Under the pieces are notes generated by a model. That model made no database searches, was not told the DNA's origin, and saw only the letters and a program-made list of their open reading frames with translations. A stretch of 64,000 bases of DNA, taken from the IMG/VR virus record IMGVR_UViG_2531839362_000002, positions 93 through 64,092 of that record. The stretch is one strand, 5' to 3'. Made by a program: the position numbers and the translations under genes. This document shows, in pieces, positions 9,346-18,837 of the stretch. The stretch comes from a virus. Every line of letters starts with the position of its first letter. The first letter of the stretch is position 1.

Positions 9346-11154
9346 TCATTTTTCCGAGTTACTTTTTAATATTTCCCACTTAACTTTTCTTTTTAAAGAT
9401 TTCATGAAATCCTCTTTTGTAACATATAACAATCCATAACTTGAATTGACTTTATTTATTTTTTCAAATAAATAATTTAAGTATTCACATCCATCTAAAG
9501 CTTTACTAATTTCAATATACTTATTATGGGATTCAGTATTTTTCACTGCCAATTTATTCTCTTTAGCAAAAACCTGCTGTCCATAAATAAGTATTGCCAT
9601 TTTGTAATAACAATAGTCAAATGTATCTGAATTAAAGTTAAAATCATTCCTTTGTATATCAGTTTCTTCCGTTGTTTTTTGTTCATTTTCAGTAAAGTCT
9701 AATACTACATTAGCATTAGTTTTACTGAAATTAGCTAATGAAATCCTTATATCAAGACTATTAAATCTAGTTACTAGGAATTTAATTAAAAAACCTGCAC
9801 ATGCATGATGCCCTAATTCTATACTTTTTAATATTGCTCTAAGTATTAAATGAACATCTTTTTGAACAATCTTTCTTTTTACAATTCCAGCAACAATTAG
9901 TTGTATTGGAGAAATTTCATCCTTATTATTATCTTGTTCCTCTTCTTTGGTTACTAGATATACAATATTACATAAAAATTTAATATCTCCACTTTCTACT
10001 GCTCTTATAATTAAATTTTGATATACTTTTTCAATTTTTTCTTTCTCCATTTGATTTAAAGCTTTTAATAGAGGTGAAAACTTATGTATATCATCTAATT
10101 TAAAATTCGATGTTAAATGGTATAATTCGATTCTATAGCATTGATGTAAAACTATATGATCAAACTTAGGATACAATGATGTTGTTAAGATATTTAGAGC
10201 TTCTTGTGCCTTTATTATTTTATTTTGATTAAATAAATCTACTATCAACTTCACTTGATTACTAAGAATAGTTTGATATAGTCGTTCATAAATTTCAATT
10301 TTCTCATCCTGAATATAAACATCTTCAATCTCATCCAAATTAAAAAAATCCGGATTATTAAATATAATCAGTGTTTTCTCAAGATTTTTCAAATCTCTAT
10401 CAAACATTGAGTTCATATTTTTTTCATTCATGTACTTTAAAATTTGATATGTACTTTCAATATGAGCATGAGCTCTTTCTTCCTGCTTCGTTATTAATCT
10501 AGACACCTGATTTGCTTCTAAACCATTCCAAATAGACATTAGTTTTTTTAAATTTCTAATACTATCATTAGTCAAATTGATTGTGATTTTAGATAGATTT
10601 ATTATATTAATATTTTGGAATGAATTTATTAAAAGTATTGCTAATAGATAAATAGAAATTATAACAAGCATATACCAAATCAAGAGTAATCCATTATAAA
10701 CTATCACTAATGAATGAAGCATCATCCCTGTACCAAAAGTTAATACAGAAAATACAATAAACATATTTAATTGTATTTTCTCCCTCATACTTCCTATGTT
10801 AGAAGATGCTATTTGTTTACTTTCTCTATACGAAAAAGTATATATGGTAATTGTAACTGGTAATATAAACCTCAATACATCAGTTATATTTTTCCCTAGT
10901 TGATATATTTTAGAATCTATGTCGTGATTAGCTCTCAAACCAGGGACACCAATACTCACAATAAGAACTAGAGCTAAACTTAAAAAAATAGCTATAAGAC
11001 TATATTTCACTACTGTCCATATATTTAATAATTTATGAACACATTCTCTTTTCCGAATAAATTCCTCATTCTCTAATTGTTGATTCGCATTTCGAGAAAT
11101 TTTTTTAGGTGCTAAATTCGCTTTCAATTCCAAAATAAAAATCACTCTCCACAA
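9346..11154 (-). CDS. Uncharacterised ~600-aa membrane protein (about 4 N-terminal TM helices, helical cytoplasmic region)
   Basis: Long AT-rich ORF with hydrophobic segments; exact start uncertain (TTG 11154 or 11133). Confidence 0.75.
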   Translation of the reverse strand: MWRVIFILELKANLAPKKISRNANQQLENEEFIRKRECVHKLLNIWTVVKYSLIAIFLSLALVLIVSIGVPGLRANHDIDSKIYQLGKNITDVLRFILPVTITIYTFSYRESKQIASSNIGSMREKIQLNMFIVFSVLTFGTGMMLHSLVIVYNGLLLIWYMLVIISIYLLAILLINSFQNINIINLSKITINLTNDSIRNLKKLMSIWNGLEANQVSRLITKQEERAHAHIESTYQILKYMNEKNMNSMFDRDLKNLEKTLIIFNNPDFFNLDEIEDVYIQDEKIEIYERLYQTILSNQVKLIVDLFNQNKIIKAQEALNILTTSLYPKFDHIVLHQCYRIELYHLTSNFKLDDIHKFSPLLKALNQMEKEKIEKVYQNLIIRAVESGDIKFLCNIVYLVTKEEEQDNNKDEISPIQLIVAGIVKRKIVQKDVHLILRAILKSIELGHHACAGFLIKFLVTRFNSLDIRISLANFSKTNANVVLDFTENEQKTTEETDIQRNDFNFNSDTFDYCYYKMAILIYGQQVFAKENKLAVKNTESHNKYIEISKALDGCEYLNYLFEKINKVNSSYGLLYVTKEDFMKSLKRKVKWEILKSNSEK

Positions 11155-11182
11155 AAATAACAGGCAAATTCCGCCTGTTATT
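11153..11182 (-). terminator. Hairpin terminator/attenuator between panA and the 602-aa gene
   Basis: AATAACAGGC-N7-GCCTGTTATT followed by T's on the minus strand. Confidence 0.65.
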
Positions 11183-11220
11183 AAGGTTATATCTCTTTAA
11201 AATACTTTACCATAGTCTCT

Positions 11221-11721
11221 TTAGAAATTATTTATTCCCTGCAACATATCTTTGAAATATTCTTCCATAGCCTCTTTTGAAATTATTTCCTTCCCTAACT
11301 GGTTAGGTAGTAAATTTTCTCTTGCTTTTAGCCAAGGCATTTCTTGATGAGTAAGTTCTTCTAAAAACTTACCATCATAACCACCATAAGCATCCCATAC
11401 TATATCTAATGTTTCTTTAGCTTTTTTATTTTCCAAGAAAATTTCAGGCTTTACAACTGGTGGTATTTCAAAATATTTATGATTACTATAAAGATCGTAA
11501 AGATTCGGACAAACTGGACCATGCACCCAAGCCTGAATATCTTCATCAAATAATTTCTCACCGTTGTTTAATGCTAAATGCCAGCCTTGTGCATAATACA
11601 CTAATTTTTGTAGTTTCAAATGAGTAATTGATTGCTCTGTGTTAGGTTTACTTAAACTTAAAAAATAATCTGCTACATCAAACACGTCGACTTTTTTTGT
11701 TTTTTGCGCTACAGCTGTCAT
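11221..11721 (-). CDS. Panacea-domain (DUF4065/SocA/GepA) antitoxin
   Basis: ITHLKLQKLVYYAQG, IQAWVHGPV, LEELTHQEMPW signatures. Confidence 0.9.
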   Translation of the reverse strand: MTAVAQKTKKVDVFDVADYFLSLSKPNTEQSITHLKLQKLVYYAQGWHLALNNGEKLFDEDIQAWVHGPVCPNLYDLYSNHKYFEIPPVVKPEIFLENKKAKETLDIVWDAYGGYDGKFLEELTHQEMPWLKARENLLPNQLGKEIISKEAMEEYFKDMLQGINNF

Positions 11722-12025
11722 TATTCTATCTCCCCCTTATACGTTGGAGTTTCCTCTACTTCTAGTATATTAAAAAAACCTAAAAAAAGCATTGTTTTTT
11801 GTTGTACTGTGACGTTATTTATTATAAAATACTATATTCGCTGTTTTTTTAGAACAATCAATATATTTCGTAATATTCATCGTTCTGCTTATCACATTTA
11901 AATTAAAAAGAATTTTAACATCTCTTTTTCAATTATTGCTAAAGCTGCTTTATTATATACTATGTTTTTTTTATACTTAGTTTCCAATATCAACAAAAAA
12001 GCTATTCTTAAACTTTAAAAATTCT

Positions 12026-12238
12026 TTATTTATTCCTTCGTTCTTTTCTCTTTAAAATATCCTCTTTAAAAAACAAACGATCTCGAACCATTTCTTTAAT
12101 CGGCACTAATGTCCCCGACTTCACTAACTTATTTAGATTCTGCCTCGAGCATTCTAAAATCTCCAATGCCTCTGAAGTATTCACAATTTCATCATTTACG
12201 AATTTTATTAGTTCTTCCTTAGATTCAAAGTTATACAT
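12026..12238 (-). CDS. Small HTH DNA-binding protein (MerR/excisionase-like), cassette 1 regulator
   Basis: NTSEALEILECSRQNLNKLVKSGTLVP; paralog of 42805-43080. Confidence 0.8.
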   Translation of the reverse strand: MYNFESKEELIKFVNDEIVNTSEALEILECSRQNLNKLVKSGTLVPIKEMVRDRLFFKEDILKRKERRNK

Positions 12239-12416
12239 TTTTCTTCTCCTTTATATAGAGAGTAATTATATTTACTATCATTAATACAAACGATATTATG
12301 CTAAATACTATTAAGACATAGCCCCATGTGTTTAAATTGTTATAATCCAGTATTGCTAAGATAAATCCTAAAATCAAAACTACGGGAATATTCGTCCAAA
12401 TAAACTTTTTCATCAT
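12231..12416 (-). CDS. Small 2-TM membrane protein, cassette 1
   Basis: Two hydrophobic helices; overlaps the HTH start; no SD visible. Confidence 0.7.
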   Translation of the reverse strand: MMKKFIWTNIPVVLILGFILAILDYNNLNTWGYVLIVFSIISFVLMIVNIITLYIKEKKNV

Positions 12417-12444
12417 ATTATATGGAATGTGTTATAATCTTAGT

Positions 12445-12518
12445 TACAAGGGAGATTGCTCTCCCCTGTGGTGTTATTCGGAGTCGACTTCTTGGCGGGA
12501 GCGACTCTTTTCTTTTTC
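12445..12518 (+). ncRNA. Putative antisense antitoxin RNA, cassette 1
   Basis: TG-T-TATAAT at 12430-12438; hairpin GGGAGA/TCTCCC; terminator GAGTCG...CGACTC + U-tract; complementary to the toxin 3' end. Confidence 0.6.
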
Positions 12519-12626
12519 CTCTTTGATTTTGTAGTATGTATCTACGCTGTTTTTAACAACTGTTGATACTTGGGAAAAGAATGTTGCGACTGCTGTTAGC
12601 GTTCCTAAGATTATTAACCAATCCAC
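12474..12626 (-). CDS. 50-aa single-TM peptide, putative type I toxin (cassette 1)
   Basis: GTG start with AGGAGGTG RBS: MDWLIILGTLTAVATFFSQVSTVVKNSVDTYYKIKEEKEKSRSRQEVDSE; below the ORF-track cutoff. Confidence 0.75.
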   Translation of the reverse strand: MDWLIILGTLTAVATFFSQVSTVVKNSVDTYYKIKEEKEKSRSRQEVDSE

Positions 12627-12651
12627 TTTGTTCACCTCCTGTTCTTTATAC

Positions 12652-12689
12652 TCTTATTATACACTTTAAGTTGACTTAAGTCAACTTAA
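12652..12689 (-). promoter_or_regulatory. SigA promoter overlapped by a perfect 24-bp palindromic operator
   Basis: TTGACT-N17-TATAAT on the minus strand; TTAAGTTGACTTAAGTCAACTTAA at 12666-12689. Confidence 0.8.
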
Positions 12690-13084
12690 TATCAAGAATT
12701 TTTTCCTATAAATCTAATTTTATCCTATAAAATAGCCTAACCCTCTCATTCGAGAAGGGTTTTTTATTACTTATTTTTTAGTACATTTACATTATTTCAA
12801 TTTGTATTAAAAGAATTTGGTATAATTAGCTTAATTTAAGGGAGGGAACTAGTTTGAAGGTTATTCAATCTATATTTAGAGGGTTTCGTTTATTAAGTAA
12901 AATTATAAATCCTATATTAAAGGCATTATCTAAAAGTAAATTTTAATTACATAGAAATAAAAAAGCCACCTAATAAAATGGTGGTTTTTTACTGTAAATC
13001 AAAATATTAAACACAATTGGATTTATATGTTAAAATTCAGTGTGTTTGCATTTAAATTTTATAAAAATGAAAGAAGGATATAAA

Positions 13085-14083
13085 ATGTCGTTAACCAGTA
13101 AATTAGATGCTAAAAATAAAAAAGATAAAGAGTTTAAAGACATACTTATACATGTCGAGCCCGAGAAGGGAGATTACTACACATTAAGTGGAAAGTTGCC
13201 TTTCTCCGAAGAATATAGCATGCATGTGCCATATAATTTATCTAATATATATAATGCAAGTTTGGTCGGAATAGCTTTTGACTATTTAGCTCGATTTAGA
13301 ATTGCTCAATTTGTAAAAGACGAAACTGTAATAAGAGATCTGGTGGCTTATAACGGATTTAAAAAATTAAACAACTATATTGATATTCCAGTTGAAATTT
13401 TTGATTCGTGGTTAGAAAAAGTATTAATGTTTATTAATGATAATTCAATATCAATCTCCCATTTATACGAGATATCTGTAAAGTTAGCTAAGTTAGAGCA
13501 AGTATCTCGGGCTAGGATTAATAAAGAAACTATCAATCGGGACTTTTTTATTATCGAAAATAGTCCCGACGAAGTAATTAACGAATTAGATAATTTGTTG
13601 AAGTTGTTTGAAAAGAAATTCATGATTCCAGAGATTATTAATGAAAAGAGTAACGTAATATTTAATCCTAAGTTTGGAGTGTCTTCACTTTTAGTCAGTG
13701 GAGCAGATGCAGACATATATATCGATGGTGTTCTTTATGATTTTAAAACAACAAAAGACAAATCGCTAAAACAAAAAGATAATTTACAAATGATTGGCTA
13801 TTATTTATTAAATGATTTAGCAAAAGCGACAATATCAGATGATTTAGGCTTTAATTACACCTATATGGAAATACAAAAATTATCATATTACAAAGCACGA
13901 TTTGGTGAAATAGAGTATTACGATGTTGAGAAACATTTACCATACGAAGGTGTAAAACCGAAGTTAAAACAATTAGCGGAGTATTTTACAAAAAATCCAG
14001 GAAGATTAAATTCAGCACCAATGTTTGCTGATGCTGAAACTGCTAAAGAAATATTAGAACAAATAAGTACAGATGCACTTTAA
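13085..14083 (+). CDS. Putative PD-(D/E)xK nuclease
   Basis: GADADIYIDGVLYDFKTTK...QMIGYYL motif; ATG 13085 follows a GAAGGA RBS. Confidence 0.65.
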   Translation: MSLTSKLDAKNKKDKEFKDILIHVEPEKGDYYTLSGKLPFSEEYSMHVPYNLSNIYNASLVGIAFDYLARFRIAQFVKDETVIRDLVAYNGFKKLNNYIDIPVEIFDSWLEKVLMFINDNSISISHLYEISVKLAKLEQVSRARINKETINRDFFIIENSPDEVINELDNLLKLFEKKFMIPEIINEKSNVIFNPKFGVSSLLVSGADADIYIDGVLYDFKTTKDKSLKQKDNLQMIGYYLLNDLAKATISDDLGFNYTYMEIQKLSYYKARFGEIEYYDVEKHLPYEGVKPKLKQLAEYFTKNPGRLNSAPMFADAETAKEILEQISTDAL

Positions 14084-14092
14084 ATTTATAAA

Positions 14093-14127
14093 AAAGAAGG
14101 GTTCCACAGATGCTGGAATCCTTCTTT
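14093..14127. terminator. Bidirectional terminator
   Basis: AAAGAAGGGTTCCA...TGGAATCCTTCTTT between convergent genes. Confidence 0.7.
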
Positions 14128-14131
14128 CATC

Positions 14132-14465
14132 TTACTTCACATACACATAGGCTTCATTTGTAGTTATATAGTATGTTTTACCTTTGCTATTATATACTTT
14201 ATATTGTGATGATCCATTGACAGTTACTTTTTCATCGATTGTAACACCTAGTCCTGCATCTAAAGTACCAGCCACGTCTTTATCATGCCAAGATGGAGAT
14301 TCATAGAAACGTAGGTTGTCCACTTTAGTAACAACACGCTTCCCTACAATAGAGGAATCTACTGTGCTTTTCTTACTAAACTTCACATAAGATGGATTGT
14401 TCTTAATCCATTGTTCACCGCCAAGATTTAACCAACCACCCTTTTCAGCCCATACAGCATAATAT
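14132..14465 (-). pseudogene. 5'-truncated endolysin remnant (C-terminal SH3-like domains)
   Basis: AVWAEKGGWLNLGGEQWIKNNPSYVKF...LRFYESPSWHDKDVAGTLDAG; highly similar to 17442-17760; no catalytic domain. Confidence 0.8.
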
Positions 14466-14723
14466 AAATCATTAGCATCAATTTATTACTTTCCCATTCG
14501 TGTTTTACCTCTATGTTATACTACATTACCTTTTGAGAACTATAACAAACACATATGTTGGAAAATATATTTTTTTGAGGAAACTTTAACCATTTATTGT
14601 TATAATTATATCCGCAATATTTTTCCAGGAGGGTTCCTATAAAGAACAATAGGATAATGGACATACATACTAGGCACTCCCCTTCTTTAATACGTTCATA
14701 GAAATATAGAAAGGGTTTATACG

Positions 14724-14999
14724 ATGGGAAAATTCCAAAGTAATTTACAAACAGCAACACAAATTGCTACGAAAATGGGATCAGCTTCTGACAGGGTTCA
14801 AAGTGCAACAAGTCGTTCTATAACAAAGGCGACGCGTACAACACTATCTGTTAACTCCAAAGCACAGGAAGCGAACCAACAAGTTTTAGATTTGACGAAA
14901 CAATTTTCTGTAGCCTTTCAACAAGCGGTTGATAATATTCATTCGGTAGCTAACGAGTTTGAGAGAATGGATAAAGAACTTCAAAATATTTTTCGCTAA
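14724..14999 (+). CDS. WXG100-like T7SS effector partner (TIGR04197-like)
   Basis: 91-aa helical protein ending IHSVANEFERMDKEL (FxxxD export motif); upstream of an LXG toxin. Confidence 0.75.
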   Translation: MGKFQSNLQTATQIATKMGSASDRVQSATSRSITKATRTTLSVNSKAQEANQQVLDLTKQFSVAFQQAVDNIHSVANEFERMDKELQNIFR

Positions 15000-15039
15000 T
15001 GTGATAACCTACGTAAAGTAAAACGGTAGGAGGAAAAAG

Positions 15040-15402
15040 ATGAGTCAAGACATTGAAAAACAAATGAATCAATTAAATCAAAAATTACGAAGTGTATTTG
15101 AAGAACAGAATCGGAATCAATCTGCGATTCAAACACAGGAACAAGTAGAAGAGGATTTTCATGTATGGAAAAATCAAAACCATCGTTTGTTTGACCGTAT
15201 TTTAGGAACTTGGCATAGAGATAGAGAAATGTCATTGTTTTTTATGAATATGAGTCAAGATGCACAATATATTGAGCGAAAACTTACTTTCGAATTGGAA
15301 AATCAAAAAGAAACATTACTTAAGGAAAAACGAAATCTTAGTGACTTAGAAAATGACCTTTACTATCAAAAACAGAATCTAGCAAAGGAGGTCAATTCAT
15401 GA
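15040..15402 (+). CDS. LXG-associated helical partner (DUF3958-like)
   Basis: 120-aa coiled-coil protein directly upstream of the LXG gene. Confidence 0.7.
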   Translation: MSQDIEKQMNQLNQKLRSVFEEQNRNQSAIQTQEQVEEDFHVWKNQNHRLFDRILGTWHRDREMSLFFMNMSQDAQYIERKLTFELENQKETLLKEKRNLSDLENDLYYQKQNLAKEVNS

Positions 15403-17081
15403 GTTTGAATATGTATCTAGGGGAAGTACATACGCAAACACAAAGTATGAACGCTGTATGTACCGCTACCATTCAAGGTATGGAACAAGCTATTCAGTCG
15501 ATTGATGCTTTTGCAATGGATACTGTTCTACAAGGACAAACTTATAGCAGTGCAAAAGCATTCTTTGCACAAACCTTTCGTCCATTAGCACAAGGAATCA
15601 TTTACTTGTGTGAAGAACTAATCCGTCAGAATGATGCCTTTCCAAGTCAATTTCAATCACAGGTAGCTTCAACAGATGTCATCGAACAAGAAATACTAGA
15701 ACAAATTCGAGGGATTGACCGAATGAGAGCAGGTGTTGAAGGGATTAGTAATGTCCTTCCAGCTATGCAAGCGATGATGGGTATTTTTGATATGATGAAA
15801 CGGAAACTGCAAGAAAAGTTAGAACACCTGCATGAATTCAATTATACTTCTAGTAGTAATTATGATACAGCACTCCAACTAGCCACTAGTATTGCTACGG
15901 GGCTTGCAGAAGTACAAAGTGGAAAAGGTTTTAGTCCTACAAGTGGTACATTTAGTACACAAGGGTTGAATATGGAATGGGCAACGTCTATTCAAGCGAT
16001 AGAAGAAGATAGGGCACGTAAAGCGGACAATTCGATTAAAGATGGAGAAATGTGCGGTAGGCTAGAGGAGAAATCTCCGATTAGAAAGGCTTGGGACGAT
16101 AAGGTAGACGATGTAGTTAAAATGTTCGAAACAGTAAAAAAGATGTGGAATGGTACTGTAATCGGAACAGGGAAAGCTGTTGAAGATGAAATCAAGTCCA
16201 TGGAAGCTTTAAGTAATATGGATATAGGAACTTTTATTAATGTTACATATGCGATTTTACATTTGGATGAAACGACAAAAAATATGTGGCATGCATTTTC
16301 AAGTACTGTGAAACGAGATATTATAGATGGAGATGCAGAGAGCATTACACAATGGACTACTTATGGATTAACCCAAATAGGCATCGGTCTAATTCTCGAT
16401 AGGGGACTAGGTAGAGCAGGCCTCGTCACAAAAGGAGCAGGTGGAGCAAGTACATTAGCTAAAGGCGTAACGCTAGTAAAAGAATTGAAGCAAGTATCGG
16501 ATATTTTACAACCTGTTAAGAAAGATGTTTCTTATGCTTTCTCTGGCGGAAATAATATACGCTCTAAATTTGATATACCTGATTTTAAACAAGCTGAAGA
16601 AAAGCTATCAACTCATCAGTTTGCTAATTCTGGTGGAAATACTAATACTAATGCTATAAAGCCAGGAGATACTAGTCCGTTAGCTCCAGGAGGAGGATTA
16701 ATTGCCCATGAGGCAAAACCTGGCCAAAGAAGAGGTGGTCACTTAATCAAAAAACACGTAGAAAAAACGGATGCAGAACTATTGCAAAGATTACAAAGTG
16801 ACCCTAGAATACCAGCATCATCATCTTTCACTAATAGGGCTATAGCCGAGAGAGTAGCTAATGAAGTTTTAAGTAATCCACAAAATATAGCAAAAATAAA
16901 TAGGTGGTTAAACAATCCTAATAGCAGACCAACCTTACCGCTAAGATATAACGGTAATAGTATACTTGGACGATATGTCGAAAGAGGATCAAATGGTGCT
17001 TTAGATGTGGAAAATGCTGTGATTGTTTTGAAAAAAGATAACCAAGGAAGTTTTATTATTACAGGATATCCAGAAAAGTAG
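15399..17081 (+). CDS. T7SS LXG polymorphic toxin with C-terminal bacterial RNase A-like (CdiA-CT type) domain
   Basis: N-terminal LQGQTYSSAKAFF LXG motif; C-terminal GGHLIKKHV...ASSSFTN...FIITGYP. Confidence 0.82.
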   Translation: MSLNMYLGEVHTQTQSMNAVCTATIQGMEQAIQSIDAFAMDTVLQGQTYSSAKAFFAQTFRPLAQGIIYLCEELIRQNDAFPSQFQSQVASTDVIEQEILEQIRGIDRMRAGVEGISNVLPAMQAMMGIFDMMKRKLQEKLEHLHEFNYTSSSNYDTALQLATSIATGLAEVQSGKGFSPTSGTFSTQGLNMEWATSIQAIEEDRARKADNSIKDGEMCGRLEEKSPIRKAWDDKVDDVVKMFETVKKMWNGTVIGTGKAVEDEIKSMEALSNMDIGTFINVTYAILHLDETTKNMWHAFSSTVKRDIIDGDAESITQWTTYGLTQIGIGLILDRGLGRAGLVTKGAGGASTLAKGVTLVKELKQVSDILQPVKKDVSYAFSGGNNIRSKFDIPDFKQAEEKLSTHQFANSGGNTNTNAIKPGDTSPLAPGGGLIAHEAKPGQRRGGHLIKKHVEKTDAELLQRLQSDPRIPASSSFTNRAIAERVANEVLSNPQNIAKINRWLNNPNSRPTLPLRYNGNSILGRYVERGSNGALDVENAVIVLKKDNQGSFIITGYPEK

Positions 17082-17093
17082 AGGAGAATTTGT

Positions 17094-17396
17094 ATGGAGA
17101 ATAAATATAGCCATTATGAAGAATTAGGTGATTTCTTAGCAGGAACATTTCACCAAGATATTGAATCACCTGAGGAAGCTCTTAATGAATTTATAATGGA
17201 AGTTACTAAAATATGTATCGAAAATACCAAAAATGATATACTTTTGTTTTTAAACAGTAATCTAACTGATAGTGAAAAAGAGGAATTTATTAAATATAAT
17301 GCTTACATTTATTTCCCTGCATTAAACTTAACAGCTATAGAATGGTTACAGCAGACCCTTGAAATACTAAAAGAAGCTATAAAAAGTAAAGAATAA
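17094..17396 (+). CDS. Cognate immunity protein (CdiI_2-like)
   Basis: LGDFLAGTFHQDI motif; immediately follows the toxin. Confidence 0.78.
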   Translation: MENKYSHYEELGDFLAGTFHQDIESPEEALNEFIMEVTKICIENTKNDILLFLNSNLTDSEKEEFIKYNAYIYFPALNLTAIEWLQQTLEILKEAIKSKE

Positions 17397-17405
17397 AAAC
17401 TAAAC

Positions 17406-17437
17406 AAAGCCGACTCAGCTTGATATGAGTCGGCTTT
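17406..17437. terminator. Bidirectional terminator
   Basis: AAAGCCGACTCA-N8-TGAGTCGGCTTT. Confidence 0.85.
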
Positions 17438-17441
17438 ACTA

Positions 17442-18488
17442 TTACTTCACACTCACATACGCATCACTAGCCGTAATGTAGTACTTATGCCCCTTCGAAT
17501 TATAAACACGATACTGCGGATACCCATTGACATTTACCTTTGCGTCGATTGTAAATCCTACTCCTGCATCTAAAGTACCAGCAACATCTTTATCCTGCCA
17601 AGATGGAGAATCATAGAAACGTAGGTTATTAACTTTAGAAACAACACGTTTGCCTTCCACAGATAAAGATTCTTCTTTATAGCGAATGTATGATGTATCG
17701 TTATAAATCCACTGATTTCCTCCAAGGTTTAACCAGTTTCCTACTTTACCCCAAACTTTATATGATTCACCTTTTTGTAGCTTGCGGATGACATTATTGC
17801 TTGTGGATGGTCCAGACCGAAGGTTTACATTTTGACCATCAATATAAGCCACATCACTTGCTTCTGTTACACTTCCAGATGGTTCTTGTGGTTTTGGTTT
17901 AACCGATACAGAATCACCATTATATGCCTTTAAAACATCGTTTCTAAATTGGGATTCTGATACACCATGACTCTTTAGATATTGTATTGGGTCTTCATGA
18001 TCTGTACCACCTAATTTGTAAGTAATATCTTTATGAGTCCATAGCCCAACACTTGGATGGATATTTCTATCTTTTAATATTTCTGCAAGCAACTTTACAT
18101 ATCTTTCATACGATTTTTTGAATTTAATAGAGTCACTAGTTTCAGATAGCTCTACATGTACAAATCTAGCATTTGCCGCTGGACCTGCACCCCATGCACG
18201 ATATTTAGTAGATGCAATCTGAATGTTTTCATCCCAATCCGTTGCATAATGCACAAAAGCATTTCTCCATGTTCTAGCTTCATAATTTCTAATATTGATA
18301 GCAGGTGCTTCTGGTGTCGCTGTGGAATGCGCTACTACCCCCTCATATGCACCGACACCATATCTATATCCTTGCTTTGGTAAATCTGGAATAATCATTT
18401 CTCTATCTGCAAAAACACTTCCTACAGATGTTAATAAAATAATAGAAGCCGTTGCAACTGAACTTAATACTTTAATAGATTTTTTCAT
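17442..18488 (-). CDS. Endolysin, N-acetylmuramoyl-L-alanine amidase (Amidase_2) with SH3 domains and an apparent signal peptide
   Basis: VAHSTATP, AFVH, HVELSE, THKDIT...DHEDP; PlyL/PlyG-like. Confidence 0.92.
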   Translation of the reverse strand: MKKSIKVLSSVATASIILLTSVGSVFADREMIIPDLPKQGYRYGVGAYEGVVAHSTATPEAPAINIRNYEARTWRNAFVHYATDWDENIQIASTKYRAWGAGPAANARFVHVELSETSDSIKFKKSYERYVKLLAEILKDRNIHPSVGLWTHKDITYKLGGTDHEDPIQYLKSHGVSESQFRNDVLKAYNGDSVSVKPKPQEPSGSVTEASDVAYIDGQNVNLRSGPSTSNNVIRKLQKGESYKVWGKVGNWLNLGGNQWIYNDTSYIRYKEESLSVEGKRVVSKVNNLRFYDSPSWQDKDVAGTLDAGVGFTIDAKVNVNGYPQYRVYNSKGHKYYITASDAYVSVK

Positions 18489-18715
18489 TTTACATCACCA
18501 TTCCCCATAATTTTTTGTTTGATATCTGATACATCATTTACTAATGAACTAAAGGCTTTTGCTTGTTCTTCAATTACACCCTGGTTCTTTTCAATGACCT
18601 TTTGATATTGCTCTTCACGCTGTTCATTCTTTTTTTGCGTAGTAAAAAGCATCCACACGAATAATGCTGCGAATGCTCCCTGTTGCATCATTGAATTGAA
18701 AATTGCATCTTCCAT
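18485..18715 (-). CDS. BhlA-family holin
   Basis: QQGAFAALFVWMLFTTQKKNEQRE; overlaps the endolysin start. Confidence 0.88.
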   Translation of the reverse strand: MEDAIFNSMMQQGAFAALFVWMLFTTQKKNEQREEQYQKVIEKNQGVIEEQAKAFSSLVNDVSDIKQKIMGNGDVK

Positions 18716-18740
18716 TGTTCTCATCCCCTTTGCAAAATAA

Positions 18741-18766
18741 AAAGAGCAGCGAAATCGCTCCTCTTT
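18741..18766 (-). terminator. Terminator after the AbrB-like gene
   Basis: AAAGAG-CAGCGA-aa-TCGCTC-CTCTTT. Confidence 0.6.
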
Positions 18767-18837
18767 GTTATAAAAACCGTATTTTATTCAAAATTAAAAA
18801 CAACTCATGGATGCCCTACTTATTTAAACGTATTTAG

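Noticed and set aside
14521-14760. 79-aa minus-strand ORF upstream of the LXG operon
   Set aside because: Covers the promoter region antisense; no RBS; low-complexity composition
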